Source of the DNA: Lama guanicoe
Taxonomy: Eukaryota
Direction: 5' to 3'
Length of the DNA stretch: 64,000 nucleotides
Assembly: GCA_013239625.1 (NCBI GenBank)
Contig: MU054187.1
Location: forward strand, 4,785,757 to 4,849,756
Notes under the pieces: model-generated
The model's database searches: none
Seen by the model: only the letters and a program-made list of their open reading frames with translations
Told to the model about the DNA's origin: nothing
Program-made: the position numbers and the translations under genes
In this document: one piece after another, positions 1-11,780 of the stretch
How positions within the stretch are numbered: the stretch's first letter is position 1
Layout: each line of letters begins with the position of its first letter

Positions 1-635
1 AAAACCAAAGTCTTCCAGATTTCTTTCAGATCTGGAAGAGCGGTATTACTGTGAATTTGTGAACGACTACATATTATTTATGCAAGTGAGGAATAAGGAA
101 AAGAAGAAAAACTGCTGAGGGAGAAAACAGGTCTGTGTCGGGAGGAAGCGATTTCTCAACCCCGCAGAGCCAGAAAGACCACACGAAAAACGGAGTCACA
201 GACCGTGTGGCACCGACGATAACTTTCCTGTAAAATGAGTCAACTGTTCTATTTTGTTCAGGAAATTTTGCTTTTTATTGGCTGCATCAAGCAACGTATC
301 TAAGTCATTTGCTGATTCGATATTTATTCTTATTTATTTTGCCAAGTTTCTTCTCTAATCACCTACTAGGAAAGGGCTTAAAAAAAAATCAAAACACGCA
401 TCCTCTGATTTTCCATTCTCAGAACACATCAGAGAAAGTCTGGACAACACGAGGAATAAACTCAGGCAGAACCGACGGCGTCACAGAAGCAGGCTCTTTA
501 GGCCACGGCAAGTTTTCTGACTTGAGATTTTTTTTTTAGGACTCACCATGAAAATTGAGTTTTTTGTTGTAATCTTGTTAGACTTAGAGAAGTTAAATGA
601 AAAAAATTAAATCCACAGGCAGGAGATAAAAGTAA

Positions 636-772
636 ACTTGTACCAAATTAAGTTAAACTGAACAGCTTAATGTGAGAAGAAAAAAATAATGAATTCACTT
701 GTACCAAAGCTACACTTAATGCATTAAGTTAAACTGAACAGCTTAATGTGAGAAGAAAAAAATAATGAATTC
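636..772 (+). repeat. Complex direct duplication A-B-A-C-B (12-bp A, 50-bp B)
   Basis: B (attaagtt...atgaattc) identical at 647-696 and 723-772; A (acttgtaccaaa) at 636-647 and 697-708. Confidence 0.95.
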
Positions 773-1532
773 TAAAAGCCGCTATGAATTAACAAAGTAT
801 GTTCCTTACTGAAAATAAACTATTCCTCCTTGCAGGAAATTTCCTTTCTAAGGGAGTATGCTATGCTGCATAGGGCGCAGACGGCTTCTCTGGACACCAG
901 GGCAGCAAACAAAACTCAGGTGGTGGTAGCAAAACCCCAACATGTTTTTAGAAGTCACTCCATTCTAGTCAACGTGAAGCTCTGAAAGCAAGGGTCTAAT
1001 TCAGCCATACAACTTACACGTGCTTATGCTTGAAAAGAAAAACACAGGTGTTCTCTCGGATAAAGGTGGGAAAGTTCACATTTCCTACGGAAGATCGTGG
1101 AAATACTAGTCACAGGCAAACTGATTCCCGTGGGACCGTGTTACATTTTTCATGTGTTCCTTTTGTACTTTTTCCAGCTTTGTGACTTAAGACCACAGTT
1201 AATGATCACAAACACATGACTGGATAACCCAGTCTCCCATGAAGAAACTCAGCCCTGGTTTTCATAACTGGACACAAAAGTAATTAGGGGATTCTTTGTA
1301 ATCCATTCAATCGGGGCGTTGTTAAGATGTGAAAAATATTTAAATATATTTATCACGAGTTTTTAAAATACAGAATTGGAGTGAATTATTACCAAATTTC
1401 ATTTCTGTTTCCCTTAGTTTTTTAAAATGCCTTTCTGCCACCCAGCGCTGCTGATGAGAAGAAATAAACAGAACCACAGGGAGGTGATTCTCGAGACAGC
1501 ACTTTTCTTCTCGTTCCTTCCTGTCCCAGTTA

Positions 1533-1772
<240 letters not shown>

Positions 1773-3123
1773 CTACCAATTAAACTTCTCTGTTTTTTGT
1801 CGGTTTCGTATGCATATTCTCCAACTATAAATCGGATTCAGCAATACACACAAACGTCCTAAGAACAGGACGTGTATCCCAGCTCAACTTCATGAAACCT
1901 CTGTTGGTGCTGAACATTGCTACTGATAACAGCATTTCTGAATCTGTGATTTCGTAATTCAAAATTGGCTGACCCAGGTCTTCCTGTATCTTCTTCCAAC
2001 ACAGACATTTAGCTTTCTTTTATAAATTAAATAATAATCATGTCACTTTCACACACAGATCACTGAGCAAGTCCTTCATTTAGTAGGCTGCAATTATCCT
2101 TAAGGAAACCAGCTGTGTGGACACGCTGGTCGGGCCCAGATGGGACGGGAACAGACGGGGACGGGTGAGCACAGAGCTGCCCGAGGGTCCACTCCAGGCT
2201 TTCACTGCTACTGCTGAGGGAACCGAGGAAGCGAACCCTTGAGGCTCAATTTCTTGGTAAAGCAGGGCATTACCTACCGCACAGGGGCTGCAGGTAAACG
2301 AACACTGTATAGGAATCACCCAGGACACAGAAGGGACTCAGGCAACGTCAGGTTCTTCTCTTTTTCTGACTCCACCTCTACGCCCAGAGGAAGAGATTTT
2401 TTATAGGACCTATTTCCCTAACCTTCTATTAGCACTGGAAGGGGAGAGTGGCCTTTTAAGTAACACAGGCAGGGAAACAGTTAAACTTCACCAACACAAA
2501 ACGCAAAAATGATACGCTTAAAATTTGGCAGTGCTTTTGTAATGCCACCAACTTACTGGCTAAGCCTCAGAGGACAGATTTACGTTGATGTCAAATTAAA
2601 GCCCCCTGGGACCACGCCTCACGTGGGACTGGTTTCTACAGGAAGCAGGTGAGGCTAACAGAAGAGGGGACGTGCTTATTCAGGGGGGGCGATGGGAGAG
2701 CCGCCCATGTGATGTGAATGGTTCTTTATCTCTTTCTCCCGCTCACCAGGCCCGAGTGCTGAATTAACATAACGTCACAGTGAATATAAGGCAACTCCAC
2801 TGAGAGCTGACCTGGTAACAGCTTCCAAACTGTACTGGGAGACCCAGGCGCCAAGACCGGGGGGTGGTGCTGGACTGGATCTGCAGGCGCTGTCCCCACG
2901 CAAACCCAGAAACCCTGAGCACTTGGGACGGAGGGACTCCAGGGCACACTAGCCTGCTTGCTCGTGGAGCCAAAAACATTTTCCCAACAGCCCTCTGACC
3001 TACAGAGAAGGCGAACTTTATAAGTTTCCAGCTCATCCAAAAGGCGCTGCAAGATTCAGAGCCCGTTTGCTTACAGCGCAACACACCCGCACTTTCCAGA
3101 CGTGCCCGAGTGTTTACAAGTCA

Positions 3124-3606
<483 letters not shown>

Positions 3607-4055
3607 TCAGAACCAACATACATCCTTAAGAATCCTGTTTTTCACCTCCTTAAAAACAATAGTGTATTACAGCTCATGAGTAACTGTGGTATTAAGCAGG
3701 GCCCCTAAACCTTCTGTACAAGGAGGAAAATGTTTCTTGCTTCTCTGGAGTCGTAAAACACCAGGCAGAGAGGAATGAGGGCAGAAAAGGCACTGAGACT
3801 GGCTCAAAGGTGACACATCCACCCTCCTCCTCCCAAGCGAGAGGGTGGAGCACCCTCAGAGGCACCTGCAGGGGTGGAAGGAGCCCGAAGAATGGCCAAG
3901 GACCAGCCCCGAGGTCTGGGAAGGGACCACGGCTCACACCACGGACCCTGTGCACACACTCGGTTACTTCTGCAAAAGGTTTGACTTGAGCCACAGCAAC
4001 AGTGGTGGCTAAGCCCCTCGACTACAGCGCAGAGAATGCCAGCAGCATGCGCACT

Positions 4056-4101
4056 GTGCCCCCTGGAGGGCCGGGCGAGCGTGCCCCGCCACCTGGTGGA
4101 C
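4056..4101 (-). promoter_or_regulatory. Two tandem CTCF-like motifs in intron 10
   Basis: Minus strand GTCCACCAGGTGGCG (4101-4087) and CCCTCCAGGGGGCAC (4070-4056) match the CTCF core CCNCYAGRKGGCR. Confidence 0.55.
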
Positions 4102-4949
4102 ACAACTGTCACAGCACCACCTTTCACTTGGGAAGCACTAGGGCTTCGGTGACACAGGATGAGAACGTGTGTAGCCCTTCCAGGGTGTAGCCTACTGTGT
4201 CAGAACCGGTCCTTTTCTGACTGATGCTGCTGGCCGAATGGTCCAAGTGCACGATCAGAGAGTCTGAGGACTTCTACTCTTGTCAATCAACCACTCTGCG
4301 CAGGGGCCAGGTCTAGACGAAGCCCCTGAGCTCTGCACGGCTGAGTGCGGTAATCGGAGCTCATCCCGACTTTCTGGCCTCGTGAGGCTAGAGCCGTGAC
4401 AGAAGCCCGTCTCCACCATCGTACTAGGAGCCTCACAGCCGCCCGATCACAGAATCCACCCCCACAGGCACCTCTGCCCCGGGGAGAGGACCACTCCGTC
4501 TGCTTCTCAGGGAAAGATTCCGACCTGCAGAGTTTGTTTGTAATTAAGGACAAACAAGAAATCTCGACTTAGGTTTATATACAAGGTGGGCGCAGAAAAC
4601 ACCCATTTCCCTTGATCTCAGCGTATTCCACTGCCCCCGTGCAGACGGGCTCCTGAGGAGGCATAAACCTCTAATGATCCTTTACAAAGTCACGAGGGGC
4701 AGGGGTTCTTTTCACAACACAGCAAGCGATCCCCAGCTGGCCAAAAATAGGCCAGGAGAGCTCAAACTCGGGTGCACGTGCATCAGGAGAACGTGGGGAG
4801 CCTGACCAGAGGTGGGAGGGGGCAGGGCAATTCTGATCCTCCCCAAGACGCGGGAACTCGGTGCCTGTGAAGTCAAGTTCACGGGAAAGGGCTTGAAGAC
4901 AAACACTGCGATGCAAAGGACGCATCCCCTGGCCTGTGGGCTGACTCAC

Positions 4950-5079
4950 CGGGTACCTGTTGAGAGGCTGAAAGTACAGGGTGGTGTCAGTGACGCACAC
5001 GTGCCCAGGATTCGTCACCAGAGGTGTCACCATCTCTGCTTTGCACTCCATATGCAACGTTTCAGAGACACTCTGGAAT
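4950..5079 (-). CDS. NSMAF: NSMAF exon 10, start of the GRAM/PH-like domain (FQSVSETLHMECKAEMVTPLVTNPGHVCVTDTTLYFQPLNRYP)
   Basis: Acceptor cattcacag, donor CCG|GTGAGT, 130 nt; peptide visible in ORF 4671..5057. Confidence 0.97.
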
Positions 5080-6386
5080 CTGTGAATGTATTTTCCAGCA
5101 AAAACAAGAAAAAAAAAATCAGAACTCGATCTACTTCCTAGGTGTCACTTTATCTGACGAGCTGCAGTGTGACTTTGCAGAACGTTGTGTCTAAACGCTA
5201 CGTTTAACACAAAAAAAATGGTGATACAGATCAGCCACTTAAATAAAACTGACTTTCTTTTAAAGGCTATAATGAATACTTGATTTTTAAAAAGCTGAAG
5301 AGGTTATGTATCACCGAAGACAGGAGGGTAAACTGCACCACACAGCCCTTTGGCTGAAGTCTTTACTCCTCCCGCAAAGAGTCAGCACTGGAACTGTTCT
5401 TACATGAACATAATTTTCTACTTTCGTGTCCTTAGGACCTATTCTTACAGTCATATAAACCATGCTCACAGGGAGCATTTACCTCACACAGCTGCAAGGC
5501 TGCGGCTACACAACTCCAATTACTTGAGTGTCAGTCAGTCCAAAGTACAGCCTTTGTGGAGTTCCTGCAGTCAAACCAAAGGTGACCCTACTCCCTCCTA
5601 AACTGCTCGAACGAGTCCAAAAGTCCATTTTTTTTTTGTTTTACTAATTAAAAACAAAAAACTAGAGGGGCAGAACCCAACTCATTGATATTTTAAGGCA
5701 ATTACATCGTCAAACAACGGGTAAAAATGTCTCGCCTATAAGTGGGACAGAAGCACACGGCAGGACAGGCTTCCTCCCCAGGCAGGACGTGAGAGAGACC
5801 TCCGGGCTCTCACCCTGACCACAAGCACCAGCCAGCTGCACCGTCCTGCTGCGCAAGGAAGACAGTAGACAAGACCTACGTGAACGGAGAGACTGAGCGC
5901 CGTCTCAGTCAAACCCCAGCAGGCTTTCCTTTACGGTACTTGAGAAGCTGACTCTAGATTTATACACAAGCGCACAAGACCAAGAAGAGTGAAGACAGAA
6001 GGTAAAAAGGAAGACACGGTGCAGGACCCGGCACAACCAGGTGCCCTGGTTATCAGAAAGCCACAGTAGTCCACAGGGGAACCGCAGAGGAGCTCAGACC
6101 AGACAGAGCCCAAACCTGCGTAACATCAGGGAACCTACTTAAAACAGGGCAAGAAACAAGAACAGGCTGGTAGGAAAATACAGTTACGTGCAGAAAATAT
6201 ATTGGACACTTGGAAAAGCCCCCAAAAAGGAGAAAAAAATGAGTAAAACCATTAGACCAGCAAGAACGCAGCCTTAGGAGACACCTTTGGAAGGTACGTA
6301 TCACAGCCTGGCGGGTCACAAAGACTTCCCAGAAGAAGTGTCAGCTAAGCTGACACGGGAAGAGTAAGTAAGAGTGAGCCAGGTGT

Positions 6387-6508
6387 GGGGGGGGGGGGGA
6401 GTACAGAGTGCGCGTGCTTGGCGCGCACGAGGTCCCGGGTTCGAGCCCCAGTACATTTCATTAAAATAAATAAATAAGCAAGCATAATCACCCCTCCCCC
6501 CTAAAAAA
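6387..6508 (+). mobile_element. Vic-1-like camelid tRNA-derived SINE
   Basis: G-run start, body gtgcttggcgcgcacgaggtcccgggttcgagccccagtac with a B-box GGTTCGAGCC, then (aaat)n and a C-rich tail; flanking direct repeat agccaggt (6377-6384 / 6514-6521). Confidence 0.8.
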
Positions 6509-7153
6509 CAGCCAGCCAGGTAGCCAGGTGCAAAAGCGGCAGGAGGCTGAGCATCCCTTCTACGGGAGCAGGTGCAGAGGCTCAGGGGGGCCACGGGGCA
6601 CCCCCAGCATCTGGAGCAGAGGCTTCCAGAGCAGCCACGGTGACCAGCAGCGGAAAGGAGGGCCACACAGGCGCTCTGTGCAGGCGGGGTCGAGACTTTG
6701 CCCTGAAGGCAGTGGGCATCTGGAAGGGCTGTAAACAGACAAGCAATGTAAACAAGCCAGTTCTTTAGACAGAACACATGTTCATCGTGTATCAGGGCCG
6801 GTGGGGAGAGACTGGTGAAGGGAAGCCACGGGCCAGGGGATGAGCTGAGAGCCGCTCAGGGGTCCGGGCCGCCTGAACCCAGCTGGGCATGCGGGAAAAG
6901 ACACGCGCTCACAGAGGGCAGACCTCGGGGCGCAGGGTCAGCAGGCCTTTCTGCCAGACAGACGGCAGCATGGAGAGGAGGCGAGGAAGCCCCCACGCTG
7001 CTCTGGCACCGAGGCCGGGCCACTCCCCCAAGGGGGCAGGTGTGGGTGAGGCAGACAGTGACATCCGTCCTCAGGTCTGGACACAGTGCATGAGGCATGA
7101 GATGACGCCACCCACCGCCTTCATCGTCGGGAAGCAAAATCATCCAATCTTAC

Positions 7154-7206
7154 CTGTTTTTGTCAAACGATGTCCTCGCCAAACGTGACTGCAAGATAGC
7201 TGTTAT
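7154..7206 (-). CDS. NSMAF: NSMAF exon 9 (ITAILQSRLARTSFDKN-R)
   Basis: Acceptor gtcttaatag, donor CAG|GTAAGA, 53 nt. Confidence 0.96.
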
Positions 7207-7299
7207 CTATTAAGACACAACCAGTTAAGAAGGGTGGATATGAATATGTATGAGTGAGGTTAATGCACAGTAAAGCCACAGATCTTCAGAAACTCTTAC

Positions 7300-7347
7300 C
7301 ATAGCAGTTTGGTCCCCCAGTTTGTCCAGGCAGGATGCTCTGTGAAG
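7300..7347 (-). CDS. NSMAF: NSMAF exon 8 (LHRASCLDKLGDQTAM)
   Basis: Acceptor acattgtag, donor ATG|GTAAGA, 48 nt. Confidence 0.96.
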
Positions 7348-7646
7348 CTACAATGTTAGAAACAGACACGAATTTATTTCTTCTCTCAGATGATACACAG
7401 ATACTTCCTTAGAAGCAATGAAAAAATCACCACCATTCTGTTCACTTAGTTAACAGTCAAGAGCGATTCTGCTCTGTCTGTGGCTTCTTACAAATGTACA
7501 GTTTTCAAGTTCAACCCAGTTGAGTAAATCTGTCTCATATTTCTGAAAGAGGTTATTACGGTTTTGGTTAAGATGCATAAATATGAAATTCTTAAAAGTT
7601 TCTGCCCAAGTCCACCAGTGAAGGTCTGAGTAAAGCACTGACTTAC

Positions 7647-7718
7647 CTGAAGCAGTGTCTCCACAACATCGTCCGCTTTGCCTGAAACATCCAATTCAAA
7701 GACATACTCCATGGTACC
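7647..7718 (-). CDS. NSMAF: NSMAF exon 7 (GTMEYVFELDVSGKADDVVETLLQ)
   Basis: Acceptor ctcttcaacag, donor CAG|GTAAGT, 72 nt; peptide visible in ORF 7488..7745. Confidence 0.96.
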
Positions 7719-7879
7719 CTGTTGAAGAGGGACACACCCGGTCAAAGGCAGAGAAGCAGCAGCAGGTCAGGAGGTATCACTGCAGGGGCACGAGCGCCCT
7801 CTGCTGGGCAGTGCCCGGACCTGCCTGGCCTGGCCTCCCTCAGTCCACCTGCAACAGGGCGGGGGGGGGGGGGGCGCCG

Positions 7880-8385
7880 GATTTAGTGGATTTACTGCTC
7901 TATTTATTATTTCTTCCTTCTGCTAACTTTGCTTAGTTCAATCTTCTTCTTCTAGTTCCTTGAGTTACACAGTTAGTTTTTCCTTTGAGACTTTTGTTTT
8001 ACATTTTTTATTGATTCATAATCATTTTACAGTGTTGTGTCAAATTCCAGTGTTCAACACAATTTTTCAGAGACTTTTTTTTTTAAGGTAAGCATTTATC
8101 ACTTTAAACCTCCTCTTAGGACGGCTTCTGCTGTATCCTGTAAGTTTCGGTATGTTCTGTTTTCCTTTTGATCACCTTGAGCTATTTTTAAACTTTCCTT
8201 CTTATTTCTTCTTTGACCCACTGGTTGTGCAAGAATGTAGTTTAATTTCCACGTACATGTGAATTTTCCTGGGGCTGTGGATTTCTAGTTTCATTCCACT
8301 GTGGCTGGAAAAGATGCCTGGAATGATTTCAATCTTCCTAAATCTGTTGACTTGCTTGTGACCTCACATGTGGTCTGTCTTGCCA
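7880..8385 (-). mobile_element. Old L1 ORF2 fragment with a nested ~70-bp young L1 3' tail (about 7996-8069)
   Basis: Antisense L1 ORF2 sequence (cttccttctgctaactttgcttagtt...); insert tttttattgattcataatcattttacagtgttgtgtcaaattccagtg flanked by TSD gagactttt (7987-7995 / 8070-8078). Confidence 0.75.
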
Positions 8386-8887
8386 AAAGTCAGAACAGTT
8401 GCCCCCAAAAGTCAGAACATTGGAACACGGTCCCGCCCCGTCCCTCCCTCCCCAGGGAGAGGACGGGAGCTGGGCTTCCCTGTGACCACGTGGCACTGTG
8501 CCGGGGGAGGGACTATAGTGGAAGGAGGCTGCTGATTTTCCTACCAGCTGCAATGTGGCTGATTCCACGCCAGCCAGCAGTGCAGGCGGCTCTTAACTGG
8601 TTTCCAGGTCTCTCACAAAGGGAATCGGTTCATGTTTCTGAATCAGTTTCTCCACAAGAGGGACGAGGGTCTAGGGCTTCCTCTTCTGTCATTTTCACCA
8701 TCACTGGAGTCACCATCCCCTCCCCCCTTTAAACATGAGGCTCCTCCAGTGTTCTAATTCACACTGGGAATGAAAGAGCTTCTCTTTGCTTCAGGAGACC
8801 TTACTCATTTCCTTTGATGTAATTTTGCAGCCACCTTGCACCTTACGTGGGTGTCAGGAGAGCCTTTACAGGAAGAGCAAACCAGTC

Positions 8888-9032
8888 AGTGGTTCTCAGC
8901 TGGGGGGGTTCCCACTACCCCCCAGGGCTTTTGTCAATGAGTGGAGGGAGCACACATTTTGGGGGCAGGCTGGCACGTAAGGGCCAGCCCCTTGCAATGA
9001 AGAACTACCCTTCCCCTGAGAGCAAGAAATCT
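8888..9032 (+). mobile_element. Degraded MER20-like hAT-Charlie MITE
   Basis: Begins cagtggttctcagctggggg; internal cagccccttgcaatgaagaactaccc resembles MER20. Confidence 0.5.
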
Positions 9033-9773
9033 CAGGAGTCCTGTGTCTGAGTGCCTGGCGCACACAGTCCTTCCTGTAGGGAGAACCCGGAGGCCGCCGC
9101 CCGGGCCCGGGCGCCCCCTAGCTGCTGCTGAGGGGCCGCAGGCTGGCCCGGGACCAGGGTCGCGGTTCAGCCTGTGGGCCGGTGTCTGCTCAGAAAGGGC
9201 GGCTCTCCTAATCCCAGAGCTGTCATTACCAGGAGCACCAGCCCCGCCTCTAGGTCCTGAAGAAACTCTTGCTAGTTGTCCCTGCCCCCATGCTGAGCTG
9301 AAGCATTAAGCAGAGCACAGAGCAGTGGAAGGTGACGTCTAGGCTCACTTGACAAGTCCTGTGTTCACGTCCACTCAGACAGCTTTCTCGACCAGGAGAA
9401 TTTATAAATGATTCCCACGCTCTTAAATAAGGATCTTTTATAACCTCTATTTCTCAAACATTTAAAAGAAGTTCTCAGTAATAAGCAGCAGAGAATCTTA
9501 TAAATGACACACATTCTGATTTCAACTTTTAGTAATTCAAGCTTTCCCTCTCTAATACACACATTTATTTTTAAGTCAAAAAGTTAACTGAAATCTCTTG
9601 GACTAAAGTCTGTCCAAAAGTACCATCAGAATTCTGTTATAACTGCTAGGTAACAAGCTTTTAAATATCCATTATGATTATGTTTCATTACAGATGTTAC
9701 TAGAGACACAAGATCTTACTGGTCAAAATCACTAGACACTGATTGCTGGGAGTACATGGAAAGCTGTACTTAC

Positions 9774-9824
9774 CCTCTCTGTTTTATACGGGGCAACAAT
9801 GTTGTGCTCTTTAATGAAATATAC
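9774..9824 (-). CDS. NSMAF: NSMAF exon 6 (VYFIKEHNIVAPYKTER)
   Basis: Acceptor ctttctcag, donor AGG|GTAAGT, 51 nt. Confidence 0.95.
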
Positions 9825-10479
9825 CTGAGAAAGACAAATCAATACTTGTAAAACAATTAAACACTGTCATAGTAACGTGTTACAATAAATTAGGATGCTT
9901 TGAATCGAATTTGAATCATTATTACCATAATTCCTATTTCCAAAAGCACTTGAATTAATATCAGTATGGCTTTAAAGTTCTGATATTAAAATAACAAACA
10001 TAAAATTAAAAAGAGACTCATCAAAGCAACGAGGTCGCGACCTGTGCCGGATAAACAGTGTCTGAGACGTTTCATGAACATCACCACCTGCACCAAATAA
10101 CCAGGCAGGCAGGAGATGGAAGCTGATCCAAGTGCTGATTTTCCAAGAAACAGGTAAAAGGAAGTCACTGTGGTATGAAATTCATTCATTGACATAAAGG
10201 AATGTCTCTTCTCTAGAGATGAGCCAGGCCACCTGTCCTTATGTAGGACACTAGTCACCACGTGAGACAAGCAGCACTCCCCACCAGGACCACTGACGTC
10301 CTCACACCTGCACTCTTAGTCCTGCCTCCCTCCCATGTTGACGGACGGTCTGCCTGGCCTCCCCAGACAGCCACCCTGCCAGCCCAAGGACATGGACCAC
10401 CCCCAACCCGTCAGCTCTTCAGAAACTCTGCTCCTATGACTACACGCTGCACTTTCTCTCGTTGAAACAAACCATAGAC

Positions 10480-11780
10480 AAAAACCATCCCTTGGTCTCA
10501 CATCCTCCTTTTGCCATTTCTCTGTTCCTTTTTGTGGCAAAACTCTCTGCAAGAGCTGACTGCACTTTCTCTTGGGCCCAGGACCAATTTTCCTCCCTTC
10601 CCTGTCACCGCGGCCACCCCTAGCCAGGTCTGCATAGACGCACAAGATCGTTGAGGCACCAAATCCAACGGCCAGCTGTCAGGACTTCCCCGATCCTGTC
10701 CTCAGATCATGCAACAGAGCTGACGGCTCTTCCTGGGGCAGTTTCCCAGCGGGCTTCCCAGCCCCTGCTCCCAGCTCTCCCCACCTTCTTCCGTCTTCTG
10801 GGGGACCCTGCTCTCCCCTCAACCTCCAATGTTAGAGGGGGCAGGGTCTCAGTCCTTAGACCTCCCTGCCCACACTGTCCCGGGAAACCGTAGCCACCCC
10901 AGGGCTTCCCAAGGACCTGGGGCCTGGCGACTGCCCAGCAGAGGATCCTAGCCTCAGCCCCCTCCCTGAAGCCCGGAGGAAGGCCCCCAAAGTCTGACGG
11001 GACCCCTCCTCCGGGCAGTCACGTTCTGAACAAAGCTGCTCCTCCCCAGACTGACTTCAGAGGGAGGCCTCGCTGGACCCATCCCCAGCCGTCTGCCACT
11101 GGGCCTGACAAGTGACCCATCAGCACCTCTGCCAGGCTTTCCTTCAGGACACATCTGGACACTGAGGACCTCTCACCCTCCCCGGCTGCCACCCTGGGCG
11201 GCACCGCCTGGGTTTTCAACCCCCTCCAACGCTCTCGGTGCTTCCACCGCTGCCCCCCCACGACAGCACAGCGTCTGCAGCCGCCGGGGAGACACACGCA
11301 CAAATTACACCTGCCCGTCTCTCCCGCGGGAGAGCTCTTTTGTGCTCTACCTCCTTCCCGTGGCCCGCGAGGCCCCCACTACGAGGTCCCCGCCGCCGCT
11401 CTCACCTCCCTTCCGGCGTCTCCTTTACCCCCTCCACCCCGGGCGCACGCACCTGCACCCTCACCGCGCCTGCGCCCGCATCTGCCGAGGACACGCATCT
11501 CGGCCTCGCTCCGCACCCGGGCCCCATGCGCACCTCCACCGCGCAGCCCGCTCCGTCCCGCCTCCAAGTGCTGCCTTCCCCGCGACGCACCGCCCACCGC
11601 TCAGCTCAAGCAGCGCGCGGATTCCTTCTGTCCTGCTTTCCCTTTCTTCACAGCCTTTATCGCCACCTGACGTTACAGATGTCTGCGTGCTGCCTGCTGC
11701 CCCCACTGAAAGGTCAAGACCATGGAGAAGGGGGAGCTTCAGATGTTGTTCTTCCCTCTACCTCCAAAGCCTTGGGTGTC
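10480..11780 (+). mobile_element. Ancient L2 LINE remnant with a strongly GC/CpG-shifted 3' part
   Basis: L2 motifs cctccaatgttagagggggcagggtctcagtccttagacctc (about 10823-10864) and an L2a-like 3' end ttcttcacagcctttatcgccacctgac...cccccactgaaaggtcaagaccatggagaagggg. Confidence 0.65.

Noticed and set aside
6400..6455. tRNA gene
   Set aside because: A B-box is present but there is no cloverleaf; the A-rich tail and TSD show a tRNA-derived SINE.
8383..8419. 15-bp direct repeat ccaaaagtcagaaca x2
   Set aside because: A small slippage duplication at an L1 edge with no functional signal.
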